In this document: positions 30,901-39,908 of the stretch, piece by piece | Layout of the letters: the number at the start of each line of letters is the position of its first letter | Position numbering within the stretch: the first letter of the stretch is position 1 | Program-made: the position numbers and the translations under genes | Source: Candidatus Margulisiibacteriota bacterium | GTDB taxonomy: Bacteria; Margulisbacteria; Marinamargulisbacteria; JBFWNS01 | DNA: 64,000 bases | Direction: 5' to 3' | NCBI GenBank assembly: GCA_050250935.1 | Contig: JBFWNS010000001.1 | Span: 96,001-160,000 of the forward strand | The notes under the pieces: generated by a model | Databases searched by the model: none | Told to the model about the DNA's origin: nothing | The model's input: only the letters and a program-made list of their open reading frames with translations

Positions 30901-33900
30901 AAACCCGCCACCCATGAAGGTTCCCGTAACTTTTCTGCCAATCGAGAGTACCTGTGGGAAGGTTTGGGTGCCACTGACGGCCGTTAGGTTTCGCAGGTCC
31001 ACACGGAGACCCACGTAGGTATCTCCGTCGATTTCGGTACTCCCTGAAATTGCAATAGTGGACCCATTGAAAAAGGTGCTAGACCCACCCGAAACAGCAT
31101 TTCGATTTTGAAAGTTTAATCCAACTGTCTGACCCACCAGTGTCCCTGTCGAACTGGTTGGATAATAAGATTCAAAGGCCACTGAATTGCCAGAACTGAC
31201 TGTGGATACAACCAATTTTCCGGTCGTCGCATTGGTTGTAACCCACATTAACCCAGCATTGGTTGTGAGGGTTTCTTGACTACCAAAAATGGGAACTCGG
31301 CCCGTAACCCCACTAAAAGATGGATTCAAAATATAGGTTGAAGAACCAATATTATATTTCAGATAATTTCCAGAGACGATAAACCCACCATAATTGGACA
31401 CGGTTTTAAGTTCATTGGACTGTAGAATTTTTAGGGTTGTGGCTTTCATATCGCCCGATACATTGGCCGTTGCCAAAACCACCATGGAACCAGAAACAGA
31501 CACGCCACTGGTACCGCCGATTCGGTTTAATGCGATGCCATTTCCCACATTAACTGTAATGGCCGTCGCGTTTCGGTTAACCTGTAATTTTACGGTCGGA
31601 TCGGTTAGTCCAATCCCCACATTGCCAGAGGCTAATAAAATCATTTGAATGGAGGGTGTGGAGCCTTGGGGATTTGAGATCATTACCAAGCTGCTCGAAC
31701 TGGGGGTACTGGTTTGTTTCCAGGCCGCAATCCCCGAACCAACTGAACCGTTGGAAGTATCAGGAACCAAAACGATGCCAGATGCATAGTCAGCAGCTGC
31801 AGACTCATTTTGCACCAGGACACTGCTCCAAGATAGGGGAGAAGCGGCATCATAACTGCCTGAAGTGCCCTCAACATCAAGTATCCCCTGAGGATTGGCT
31901 TCTCCGATCCCGACCAATCCAGAGCCCACTGTCAAAGCATGGGACGCAAAACTTCCGGCCGTTAACGATTGGGTCGCCAAAATTTCGTTGGAGGTAATGC
32001 CTGCGGCTACATTTAATCCCGAAGAACCGGTCCCCCCACCCACACTCAAAAAGGTAAAGAGTCCATTGGTAGCACTGAGGCTGTTTTGAACAGATAAAGC
32101 CGACACATTGGCCGTGCCATTGAAAGTAGCTGTACTGTTCACCAAAAGCGTTCCATTAACATTGAGGGTGATTGCCCCTGAATTAATGCCAGACAACACG
32201 GTTAGTGTATTTTGATTCAAGGTTCCAACATACATTTGCTGAATATTCCCTGTATTTAACACCATGTTTGCCGTAACGATGAGCGTATTAAAGGAGGCTG
32301 TTTTAATGCCAGACAGAAACTGGGCCTGCGGGAAATTCGTTGCATAAAGGGTTCCCACAACTTGCAAGGCAGCGGTTGGAACAGGCTGAGTGGTTCCAAT
32401 TCCTACATTTCCACCGTAAAAAATAGCGGCATTATTAGATCCAACATTGTTGGTAGGTGGCATGGTTACAGCAATCCCGACTTTTACAGCCCCGGTGGTT
32501 GTATACAATTCAGAAAGATCCACATTCAATAGGTTTGTGGTTTGACCTGAATTATTCAAGGGCCCAACATAGTTTCGGGTTGCGGTTAAAAGCTGAATAT
32601 CCAACCCTGTGGTGTTGTATCCCAGGGAATCTGTATTGATAATTTGGGTGAGCTTGCTCATTTTTAAATCTTGAGAGGTCGATTGGCTTAGTGCTTTTAA
32701 AATATCCAATTGCGCAACAGGAGAAGAATTACCAACCCCAACTAAACCAGCCGAAGTCACCAAAAAAGTATTGGACTTGGCTGAAAAGGTTTTACCTGAA
32801 AAACCATTGACAATCGACGCTTCTCCAAACTGAGCCGCCCCCCCTATCGAAAGCAAGCTATTACCCGTAGAAGCTTTAATTGAAACTGTTCCATTCTCAA
32901 CCAACAAAGCATTTTGAACATTGACAGTGGTCATAATCAACTGATTCGAAATTACGAAATTATTGGCCGATACGATCCCTTTTACATCCAACTCCGCAGA
33001 AGGGGTTGCAAGACCAATACCCACTTTTCCAAGAAAGATGCCAGCATATTTATAGCCAGGATTCGCCGCAGTTTGGACCTGAATATTGCTAACGTCCACA
33101 TTGATCCCCTGCGCCTGAGCACCTTGAGTTAATTTGCTACCGTTGGTTCGGGTTAGAACAATATTTAGCCCGTGAATATTAAATGGTGATGTTGGGGTTG
33201 AGGGACTCCACACAGAGGGCCAAGTATCCACAAAAACATTAATGGATGCGGCGGTGTGGTCTGGAACCCGGCTAAAGTCGCCCGTATTGTTAATCGTGGT
33301 GCTAACCAATGTTCCGAGTTCTGGCAGGCTTCCATCAAAATTTATCTGATTTTTAATCAGGTAGTTACTGGTTACGTTGTAGGTACTCGCCAAATTAACG
33401 TTTCCTGTTATCTGCCATTTCTGGTTTAGATTATCCCAAGAAAAAAACGGTGTTTCTGACAAATAGATGGGTGAAAGATTGGGGGAAACCAACCAGAAGG
33501 CCAAATTCCCGCCATTTCCCAATCCTGCTGTGAAGATTTCTGAAATATTGACAACGCCAGCGGACCCATACAAATTAAGCTTCCCACTGGCTAATTTTAG
33601 CTGAGCAATATCGCCTGACTCTTGTCCCAAAACTTTGTTTTCGCGGATGTTTAACTGCTGGGTTGTAAAATTATTGGTTGCATCAGAAAAATAGACCAGT
33701 TGCTGAACAACATAGCCATTGGAAGAGACGTCTCCTGCCACTTCGAGGGTTGCCTGGGGAACAGAAGTCCCAATGCCGATGTTGCTGTAAACCCCTGGCC
33801 CGACGTTAATATCGTAGTAGATGCGGTTGTTGCTGGTTGCATTCCACTCTGTACCGGTTGAAGAAATCACGCGGCCTTCCAGGTACAATTTATCCATATT

Positions 33901-36822
33901 CACCGTTGAAACCGCCATTGTGTAGTTTGTGGACGAAGAGAAAATTCTGAGTGATGAAAAAATGGAAGTACCCCGAACATCAAAGGGCACATTTGGACTG
34001 GCCGTATTGATCCCTGCCCAAGAGCCTTTAACCACAAAGGTGTTGGGTGTCGCCAAGGCCAAAGAAGCAAAAGGACCAAATCTTAATGCCGTGGGATCTG
34101 ATACCCATACCCCTGTTCCAAACTGGAAGGTGCCATAATTTTCAAAGGTCAGAAATGGGGAGATGCTCCCATTGCTTAGATTGGACAACTCTAACAAGCT
34201 GTTTGGCGAAACTGTGCCTATCCCCACAAACCCAGCTTTAGGCTGGTTGCCGATATTTCCAGAAGGAAAATAGATGTTAGGGGTTGTAGTCTCCCAATCC
34301 CAAGGCTCAACCGAGGGGCTAGTCGACAGTTCTTCTCCAGTCGGCAAAATATAGCTATCGGCCAAAATATCACCACTGACCAACTGCAAGGCCCCAGCAT
34401 CCGATGTTCCAGGGACTTTACCAAGCCCCACGCTTCCGAAGGAGCTGATGTACATGGCAGGTGTAGCAACCCCATATTGACCATAAACCGTCATGAGTGT
34501 GGGATAAAGGTTGGATGTCGAATTATTAAAGACATACATTGAGGCGTTGCTTGCTGTTGCACCCAGGGCTACGGAGCCAGAAACAAACAATCGGGCAGAA
34601 CCTGCCGTGTCTGAAGCGATACCCACGTTGCCAGAGGTTGAAATTGAAAAATGAGTTCCCCCATTTCCGACAAAACGAAGGATGGATCCTGTAGGTGTGA
34701 TTCCAGCAACCGTTAAGGCCCCTGCAGAAACCGTATTGGTGCCAATCCCCACACCGCCTCGGGACCGAATGATCAACTGATTTTCAACTTTAGAATCTAA
34801 GGAAGCAACCGGTTGGCTGTCCCCAAAATAGGCAGCGCCCAAATGGGTCAAAGTTGCGCCTTTTCCCAAGGCCAAACTGAAGTCGTGTTGAACCGTTTTA
34901 TCTGAGCCGCCAAACGCCGTCGAATAAGCGCCCCAAACGGCGTTGCTGGTCCCCCCCATGCTTGAAGCAAAGTTACCGGTTACATAGTTATTGAATCCCC
35001 CAACCACAGAATATCGAGACAAATGACTATCGTCCCAATCGGCCCCAGAAAACGCAGACGGGGTCACCAAAGTCCCAAAAACCAAGGTTGATTTTGCAGG
35101 GTAGAAGAAGAACCGCGTTCCTGGGCCCGTTACCGGTAAATTGGCAGAAACCCCATAGGTACCGCTAAATAAAACCCCCGCGTTCCCACTGATGGTTAGG
35201 TTTGCAACCGGGTTGTAAACCCCGATCCCAAAACGGTCTTGTTGGGCCACAAATAGCGGCAAGCCCTGCCCAAGTTTATCTCCTTTTTCAACTCGGAAAG
35301 ACCCATTGGACCCCGTTAAAACCCCCATGGTGTATCGCTCGAGAGTGCCCCCGCTGTAATAGCTGAAGCTGATGGCAGGATCTTGGCTGGGCCGATTGGT
35401 GATTTGAGAAATTTGGAGCAAATTAGCAGGATCTGGACGACCGATACCCACATTTCCCAACATATAGGAGATGCTGTTTCCGGTCGGATTGAGCTGCCAG
35501 AATGTGGCATTTGAAATAATCAATCGCAAATCTTTACCCCCTAGCGTTATCCCTTTGGCATCCAAAGTTCCGGACACCTGCAAAGTGACGTTTGGGGTGA
35601 TGGTTCCTATCCCCACATTGCCCGTAGAACCCACAAACAAGACTGAATTGGCAGAACTTGAGGCGCTGTTAAACAAGGCGGCATTGGGCCCGCCCGTAAT
35701 TTCCACTCTCGAGCTGGGGACGCTGGTTCCGATTCCCATTTTTTGGGTGGTGGGATCAACATAAAACAAATTGGATGTGGTTAACAAAGAGGTGGAAACA
35801 AATTGGGTCGGAAACGTGGTTTTGGGGAAGACGACGGTCTTAATCCCTGTTAAAGAAACCCAGCCATCGGATGTCGACACATACCCTTGGAAATCGCTTC
35901 CATTCCACCGAATGGTACCCGCGTTGGTGGAGCTGGTGTCTCCGACACGAAGACCTCCATTGATGTCCAAGGTTTCTAAAGGAGAAAATCGACCAATCCC
36001 AATCTTTGTGGTGCTGGTCTCTCCCCAATAAATATCTTCGGTGTTACCTGTAATGGTTTTCCAATCAAAGGCCAAATTAATCCCTGTGTTGCTAACCAAA
36101 AGGGCGGTTGCATTCACTGTCCCGACCACATCTAGGGAAAACCTTGGGGTTGCGGTTCCAATCCCAACGTTACCCCGAACATAGGAAATGTTTTGGCTGA
36201 CATCTTGTTGCCAGGGGAAAAGGTTCTCGAAGGATTGGCCTGCAATATAAAGTCCTTGGACATTGACTTTTCCATTGACATCAAGCAATTGGTTTGGGGT
36301 TGTTTTCCAAAGACCAATGTGCGAATTATCCGGATCAACATATAAAATGTTGCGGCTCACAGTAAATAATTTGCTGACATTAACGGTTGTTGTAAAGTTC
36401 CCATAGACCGTTGCTGCATCGGCACGACCCGCCGTATCGGCCAGGTTGGTTTTGACGGCATAAGGCAAAGACGTAACGGGCATGTAAATGGTTTCGCTTG
36501 TGGGCAACGTGATGCCCAGATAGGGGTTGGTGACATCCAGATCTGTAATGACCAGCGGAGAAACTTCCCCCAACTTAACCCCAAAATTCCCGTTGGTGAA
36601 TTTAACCAATTTACTTTCGGTCCATGCGCCAGAAGGCGCCGAGTAGGTGCTGTTAGCGGTACTGAAGCTATAAAATTTAAAGGCAACCGAAATATTGCCA
36701 CTTAGGGCTTGATTGGCAGCGTTGTAGGCCGTTCCTTGGAAATCCATGGTCAAGGCCAACACCACCAGCGGTGTGGCTAGCCAAGCAAGTCCCAAAACCA
36801 TTCCCCAAACGTACTTCTTCAT
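27925..36822 (-). CDS. Giant secreted fibre/adhesin B (2965 aa), paralog of fibre A
   Basis: Signal peptide; GIGT-type repeats; YadA-head-like segment; EADYAEYL...GQV..KV.G...GDYL; C-terminal coiled coil. Confidence 0.85.
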   Translation of the reverse strand: MKKYVWGMVLGLAWLATPLVVLALTMDFQGTAYNAANQALSGNISVAFKFYSFSTANSTYSAPSGAWTESKLVKFTNGNFGVKLGEVSPLVITDLDVTNPYLGITLPTSETIYMPVTSLPYAVKTNLADTAGRADAATVYGNFTTTVNVSKLFTVSRNILYVDPDNSHIGLWKTTPNQLLDVNGKVNVQGLYIAGQSFENLFPWQQDVSQNISYVRGNVGIGTATPRFSLDVVGTVNATALLVSNTGINLAFDWKTITGNTEDIYWGETSTTKIGIGRFSPLETLDINGGLRVGDTSSTNAGTIRWNGSDFQGYVSTSDGWVSLTGIKTVVFPKTTFPTQFVSTSLLTTSNLFYVDPTTQKMGIGTSVPSSRVEITGGPNAALFNSASSSANSVLFVGSTGNVGIGTITPNVTLQVSGTLDAKGITLGGKDLRLIISNATFWQLNPTGNSISYMLGNVGIGRPDPANLLQISQITNRPSQDPAISFSYYSGGTLERYTMGVLTGSNGSFRVEKGDKLGQGLPLFVAQQDRFGIGVYNPVANLTISGNAGVLFSGTYGVSANLPVTGPGTRFFFYPAKSTLVFGTLVTPSAFSGADWDDSHLSRYSVVGGFNNYVTGNFASSMGGTSNAVWGAYSTAFGGSDKTVQHDFSLALGKGATLTHLGAAYFGDSQPVASLDSKVENQLIIRSRGGVGIGTNTVSAGALTVAGITPTGSILRFVGNGGTHFSISTSGNVGIASDTAGSARLFVSGSVALGATASNASMYVFNNSTSNLYPTLMTVYGQYGVATPAMYISSFGSVGLGKVPGTSDAGALQLVSGDILADSYILPTGEELSTSPSVEPWDWETTTPNIYFPSGNIGNQPKAGFVGIGTVSPNSLLELSNLSNGSISPFLTFENYGTFQFGTGVWVSDPTALRFGPFASLALATPNTFVVKGSWAGINTASPNVPFDVRGTSIFSSLRIFSSSTNYTMAVSTVNMDKLYLEGRVISSTGTEWNATSNNRIYYDINVGPGVYSNIGIGTSVPQATLEVAGDVSSNGYVVQQLVYFSDATNNFTTQQLNIRENKVLGQESGDIAQLKLASGKLNLYGSAGVVNISEIFTAGLGNGGNLAFWLVSPNLSPIYLSETPFFSWDNLNQKWQITGNVNLASTYNVTSNYLIKNQINFDGSLPELGTLVSTTINNTGDFSRVPDHTAASINVFVDTWPSVWSPSTPTSPFNIHGLNIVLTRTNGSKLTQGAQAQGINVDVSNIQVQTAANPGYKYAGIFLGKVGIGLATPSAELDVKGIVSANNFVISNQLIMTTVNVQNALLVENGTVSIKASTGNSLLSIGGAAQFGEASIVNGFSGKTFSAKSNTFLVTSAGLVGVGNSSPVAQLDILKALSQSTSQDLKMSKLTQIINTDSLGYNTTGLDIQLLTATRNYVGPLNNSGQTTNLLNVDLSELYTTTGAVKVGIAVTMPPTNNVGSNNAAIFYGGNVGIGTTQPVPTAALQVVGTLYATNFPQAQFLSGIKTASFNTLIVTANMVLNTGNIQQMYVGTLNQNTLTVLSGINSGAITLNVNGTLLVNSTATFNGTANVSALSVQNSLSATNGLFTFLSVGGGTGSSGLNVAAGITSNEILATQSLTAGSFASHALTVGSGLVGIGEANPQGILDVEGTSGSYDAASPLSWSSVLVQNESAAADYASGIVLVPDTSNGSVGSGIAAWKQTSTPSSSSLVMISNPQGSTPSIQMILLASGNVGIGLTDPTVKLQVNRNATAITVNVGNGIALNRIGGTSGVSVSGSMVVLATANVSGDMKATTLKILQSNELKTVSNYGGFIVSGNYLKYNIGSSTYILNPSFSGVTGRVPIFGSQETLTTNAGLMWVTTNATTGKLVVSTVSSGNSVAFESYYPTSSTGTLVGQTVGLNFQNRNAVSGGSSTFFNGSTIAISGSTEIDGDTYVGLRVDLRNLTAVSGTQTFPQVLSIGRKVTGTFMGGGFGIGNSLPSGNVHITAVNPTYSVVQAYAVGSDGVTRNAMAINNVGYIGFGVSTNLSSQVTLKGLGADGDSLLALTDSTGLPLLNATDKVGLGTTSPQASLHVSGNQTLLLSTSPLFVTATGQVGVGTTQPQATLHVVTSNATLGTFVAGPSGEFVVTNNGWAAIRTTPVVGMGLVVSGDAGVGTFESAVIAETEDQNKILGYLSSVGDSLGFWGLMTPLPGTIARKAEYYFGGSTNTADSMVFSYGTTELLRMNASGQVSLAGAAPSATVTIQGTSATVPPLLALQSGTTSLVVSRNGFVGVSTANPTALLTVGGILTATKVVEHTQGTLLSASTVNVTSVSGPGEHFRVSRNISLAAEGLGGLIFTNPVIAASNKVMVSANISGSTLALGGLNLSMYDGTHDLNASAARAIGLYVDVTDVNTILPPSRIKPGDPNTAGKAYAASFLGNVVIGGPSSLPTADIPLSVFTMDREGGSGDDWINVQNFATMLKLTAPSTPSFSFAVRGVEPAAFNIGFRVLENNDEVGSTYSLYFSTGNVTTGVTENTAYVGTVGLNIAKGDFVNTSTKNTGTLLVAGAVQIGVTSNTTGATETSGRYGNKIFFSGGHPLLTKTNSYNRISAQNFDSDNGDDLFMGRYNASSGVSALRVNIGEDNLGGSTAPGSKFAVGYTTAGAWTEAFNVNVGGVPAVVPDGAPPAFTTVAGIGIGSPNQTMAPLHVYGNKHRISTALADVREGNLMVIENTSAATNANSLAIVFSNTGVTTRSSDSNFITFLSGTTSAALTQLGSVEGNSDGGVQFTSPEADYAEYLPKVDATEAIQKAEVVGIFGGKISRKTDGADTLMVISSTPIIAGNKPPAGQESNYGLVAFLGQVAIKVKGIVQPGDYLIPSGLNDGIAIAISPRAVTSSTVDKILGRAMMAQSGQGVHEVKAMVGFPHGAISVVEQGALVEALRDEAQSMRQANQKMELDYQKILDDRQQKIEQLRAQVQRLKRS

Positions 36823-36835
36823 GCCCTACCCTTCA

Positions 36836-37783
36836 TCAGAGGTTCAACGAAACAGAAAAATAGTGATTGTTGTCATATTGGATATGATCGCTTTTTTGCA
36901 TGGCATAATCGAAATTAATGCCATTGACTTCCAATCCAATACCCAAAGCAAGTCCACTTTTAACATCGGTAATCACGTTAAACTCGCGGTATCCCCCCGA
37001 AACTTGGAAAAAGGGAACAAAGGATGGCCGATAGTTCAAGCTTGCGGCCCGTAGCATTTTGTTGCTACCCACTGTCTTTATTTGACCGTGCAATTGGAAA
37101 TCGCCCATGGTATACCTTACCGCATAAATAGCTTGAAGTGGAAGCGTTTCTGATCCCCCATTGTTGTAGTTGACCTTTAAACCGGCTATCACGTTTTTCA
37201 GGGTAATCGACGTATTAAACGCCCCGGTATCCAACACCATCCCTGCATCCATGTTGAAGCCTGACCCTGTGTATTTTTCGATGCTATTGGAGTAATAAAC
37301 CCCCGAAACCCCAAAATGCAAGTTCCGGGTTTGAGAAACGGAATAGGACACTTTGGCCACCAAACTGGAGTACCCGAAGGTTTCGCCGGTTTCGGAAATA
37401 TACCAATCGCCACTGAGGTCCCCAATGACATTGCTCTCTACACCAATGGCCTGGGTCTTTTTGAGATCGCCAACATCGACACTCATCAACCCAAGACCAA
37501 TCACCCCATAGGGCATTCTCATGCTGACGGCCACGTTTTTGAAGTTGGCTTCGTCCATTAATTTAGAGGTAAACGCAGACACCGAAAACCGACGGATGCG
37601 GTACAAAGCCGCTGGATTTTCAAACACACTATTGGCATAGGGGCTAAACCCTTCCACCTGACCCAACCGAATGGCCCGTGCCGAAGACCCGATATCGGTG
37701 ATATCCAAATAGTTTCCACCGGCCACCGCAGGGGTCGCCAGCAAAAACAATCCGAGGATCATGGCCAGGCTTTTTTGAATCAT
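36836..37783 (-). CDS. PorV/PorQ-like (FadL-related) outer-membrane beta-barrel
   Basis: Signal peptide; N-terminal L.I..IG.SARA..LG......NPAAL hatch motif; amphipathic strands; C-terminal HYFSVSLNL strand. Confidence 0.75.
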   Translation of the reverse strand: MIQKSLAMILGLFLLATPAVAGGNYLDITDIGSSARAIRLGQVEGFSPYANSVFENPAALYRIRRFSVSAFTSKLMDEANFKNVAVSMRMPYGVIGLGLMSVDVGDLKKTQAIGVESNVIGDLSGDWYISETGETFGYSSLVAKVSYSVSQTRNLHFGVSGVYYSNSIEKYTGSGFNMDAGMVLDTGAFNTSITLKNVIAGLKVNYNNGGSETLPLQAIYAVRYTMGDFQLHGQIKTVGSNKMLRAASLNYRPSFVPFFQVSGGYREFNVITDVKSGLALGIGLEVNGINFDYAMQKSDHIQYDNNHYFSVSLNL

Positions 37784-38388
37784 GGGATAACCGCCATTTT
37801 ACCTTTGGACAGGACTTTTCCGCCGCTTACAAGCACATAAAAATAGACTCCCGCAGAAAGTTGATAGCCCCCAAAACTGTCCAAATCGAGGCGAACCTTG
37901 TTGTAGCCGTATTTGGCACCTTCAGACCCTGCTGCAAAAGACCCATTAAAAATTCGATTGGAGAAAATGTCGTAGATTTGCAATTGAATATCCACGTTTT
38001 TGGACAACTGATACCCAATGATGCCGCCCTTGGCTTGTTGGAAGGGGTTGGGATAAACCAGTGCAGGTCCAATAACGGCCGCTTCGACATTCGAAAAATC
38101 TTGGACACCCACGCTTGTCGAACCTGTGGGAATGGTGGACTGCAAATTGGCAAACCCCATTTTAAGGACAGACAGTTGGTTCGCATTGACCGAACGGTTG
38201 ATGTTGGTTTCTTTTGAGAGTTCTGGATTGAGGGCTTTTACAAAAGCAGTGAAGTAGTTGGCAAAATAGAAGACTTGATTGAAGGAGACTGAAGAAGTTG
38301 TATCGTCGATTGTATCGGCCTTCGCGGGAACACCCGTTAAGGAGAGGAAAAAGGCCAGTAGCAAAATGGTAAAACGTGTCTTAAACAT
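37780..38388 (-). CDS. Small secreted protein consisting largely of a T9SS type-A-like C-terminal sorting (FlgD-Ig-like) domain
   Basis: Signal peptide; VYPNPF...I.YQL...LQIYD...LSAGVYFYVL...KMAV. Confidence 0.78.
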   Translation of the reverse strand: MFKTRFTILLLAFFLSLTGVPAKADTIDDTTSSVSFNQVFYFANYFTAFVKALNPELSKETNINRSVNANQLSVLKMGFANLQSTIPTGSTSVGVQDFSNVEAAVIGPALVYPNPFQQAKGGIIGYQLSKNVDIQLQIYDIFSNRIFNGSFAAGSEGAKYGYNKVRLDLDSFGGYQLSAGVYFYVLVSGGKVLSKGKMAVIP

Positions 38389-38427
38389 GGGTCTGTTCCA
38401 ATAGTGGTTTCGATCTGTTTTGTATAC

Positions 38428-38454
38428 TTATCGTGTGAAGGGGTTGAAAACTTG
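38428..38454 (-). promoter_or_regulatory. sigma28-like promoter candidate of the CTD-PorV-fibre B operon
   Basis: CAAGTTTT-N11-CACGATAA, 39 nt before the ATG at 38388. Confidence 0.65.
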
Positions 38455-38496
38455 TATAAATCATTTGATGGGTGTTGAGAACATGGGTTGGTCGGA

Positions 38497-39792
38497 TTAG
38501 CGGGTCAGGACACGGGCTTCGGTATCGTAGCCCTTGCTTCCGGTAATGGTTGCGGTATAGAACTGCCCGGGTTTTAGGGATTCGGGGTTGGCAATTAACA
38601 CCACCCCATCCACATCTGGGGCTTCTCGGAACGATCTGGCGATGCCATCGCCTTCGTAAAGCACTTGGATGGTTTCATTTTTTCGGCTGGCCAACTGCGC
38701 TTGGACACTCTTTTTTTGTGCAGACATCACGCGGTTGAGTCGTTTTTGTGCGATTTCGCGGGGCACTTTGTCGCCCAAGCGCGCCGAACGGGTTTCCCGT
38801 TCTTCGGAGTAAAGGAAGGCCCCCAATTGGGTGAAGGGATACTGTTCGATAAAGGCGATAAGCTCGTCGACGTGCGCTTCGGTTTCGCCAGGGAAACCGA
38901 TGATGAGGGTGGTTCGAAAAACCAATTCGGGAATTTCTTGCTTAAAGAGGGTATAGATGCGACGCAGATCGTCTTGGGTAGAGCCACGCCCCATGGCTTT
39001 GAGCAACTCGGAATTGACATGCTGAATGGGCATGTCCAAATAGCGGCAAATGGTCGGATTGTCTTTGATGACCTTAACCAAGGCCTCATCAACCCGAGGC
39101 GGGAAAATGTACATGGCCCGAATCCATTCGACACCCTCGACTTTGGCCAGGGCCTCGAGCAAGATTGGCAAGGAGGGTTTTCCATAGAGATCTTCACCCC
39201 AACAGGTGGTATCTTCGGCAATTAAAATGAGTTCTTTGGCCCCAAACGAGACTTGCAATTTGGCCTCGGTGATTACCTCTTCGAGGGGTTTCGAGGTGTG
39301 TTTACCTCGAATTTTGGGAATGGTGCAAAACGAACACCAGTTGTCGCACCCTTCGGAAATTTTAATGTAAGCAAAATGAGACGGAGTCAGTTTAAGGTAT
39401 TGCTTGGGCACCACCGGTGTAAACCGACGTTTAAACACCATAGCCGCCAATTTTTCTTGGATGGTGCCTTCTTCGTGGGTGGTTAACCACAGATCCACCA
39501 AGGGGTATTTGGCGGTTAATTCTTCTTTTTTGAAGCGGCTGGGGTAACAACCACTGACCACCACATATTTAAGGTCTCCGGCTTCTTTTTTGGCGATTAA
39601 GGCCTCGATATTGGCCTCGGTTTCGTCGATCGCAGATTGGATAAACGAACAGGTATTCAAAATGGTGATTTGTTCGCCGCTGCCTTCTGGGGTGATGGCA
39701 AAGCCCCCCCGGCGAAGTTGGTCTATCATTTTTTCGGAATCAACTAGCGTACGGGCACAACCCAAAGAAACCAAACTGAACTGATGCGACAT
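38497..39792 (-). CDS. rimO: Ribosomal protein S12 methylthiotransferase
   Basis: SLGC...VDSE, NTCSFI, AYIKISEGCDNWCSFC.IP, LDMPIQH, APDVDG. Confidence 0.96.
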   Translation of the reverse strand: MSHQFSLVSLGCARTLVDSEKMIDQLRRGGFAITPEGSGEQITILNTCSFIQSAIDETEANIEALIAKKEAGDLKYVVVSGCYPSRFKKEELTAKYPLVDLWLTTHEEGTIQEKLAAMVFKRRFTPVVPKQYLKLTPSHFAYIKISEGCDNWCSFCTIPKIRGKHTSKPLEEVITEAKLQVSFGAKELILIAEDTTCWGEDLYGKPSLPILLEALAKVEGVEWIRAMYIFPPRVDEALVKVIKDNPTICRYLDMPIQHVNSELLKAMGRGSTQDDLRRIYTLFKQEIPELVFRTTLIIGFPGETEAHVDELIAFIEQYPFTQLGAFLYSEERETRSARLGDKVPREIAQKRLNRVMSAQKKSVQAQLASRKNETIQVLYEGDGIARSFREAPDVDGVVLIANPESLKPGQFYTATITGSKGYDTEARVLTR

Positions 39793-39908
39793 GCGATAAG
39801 AATCTCCTAAAAATCAGCAATTCGGGGTATTATAGTCGTTCTTGGCGTTACCGACCAGAACACATCGCGACCCCAATATCACCCCAATTGTTACGAATAG
39901 GACCCCCA

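Noticed and set aside
15850..36822. Fibre genes as prophage tail fibres
   Set aside because: Both have Sec signal peptides and there are no capsid, terminase, baseplate or lysis genes; neighbours are housekeeping genes.
15850..36822. CRISPR or DNA tandem repeats from recurring GTTCCAATCCC-like words
   Set aside because: These are codons of the GIGT protein repeat: degenerate, irregularly spaced and in frame.
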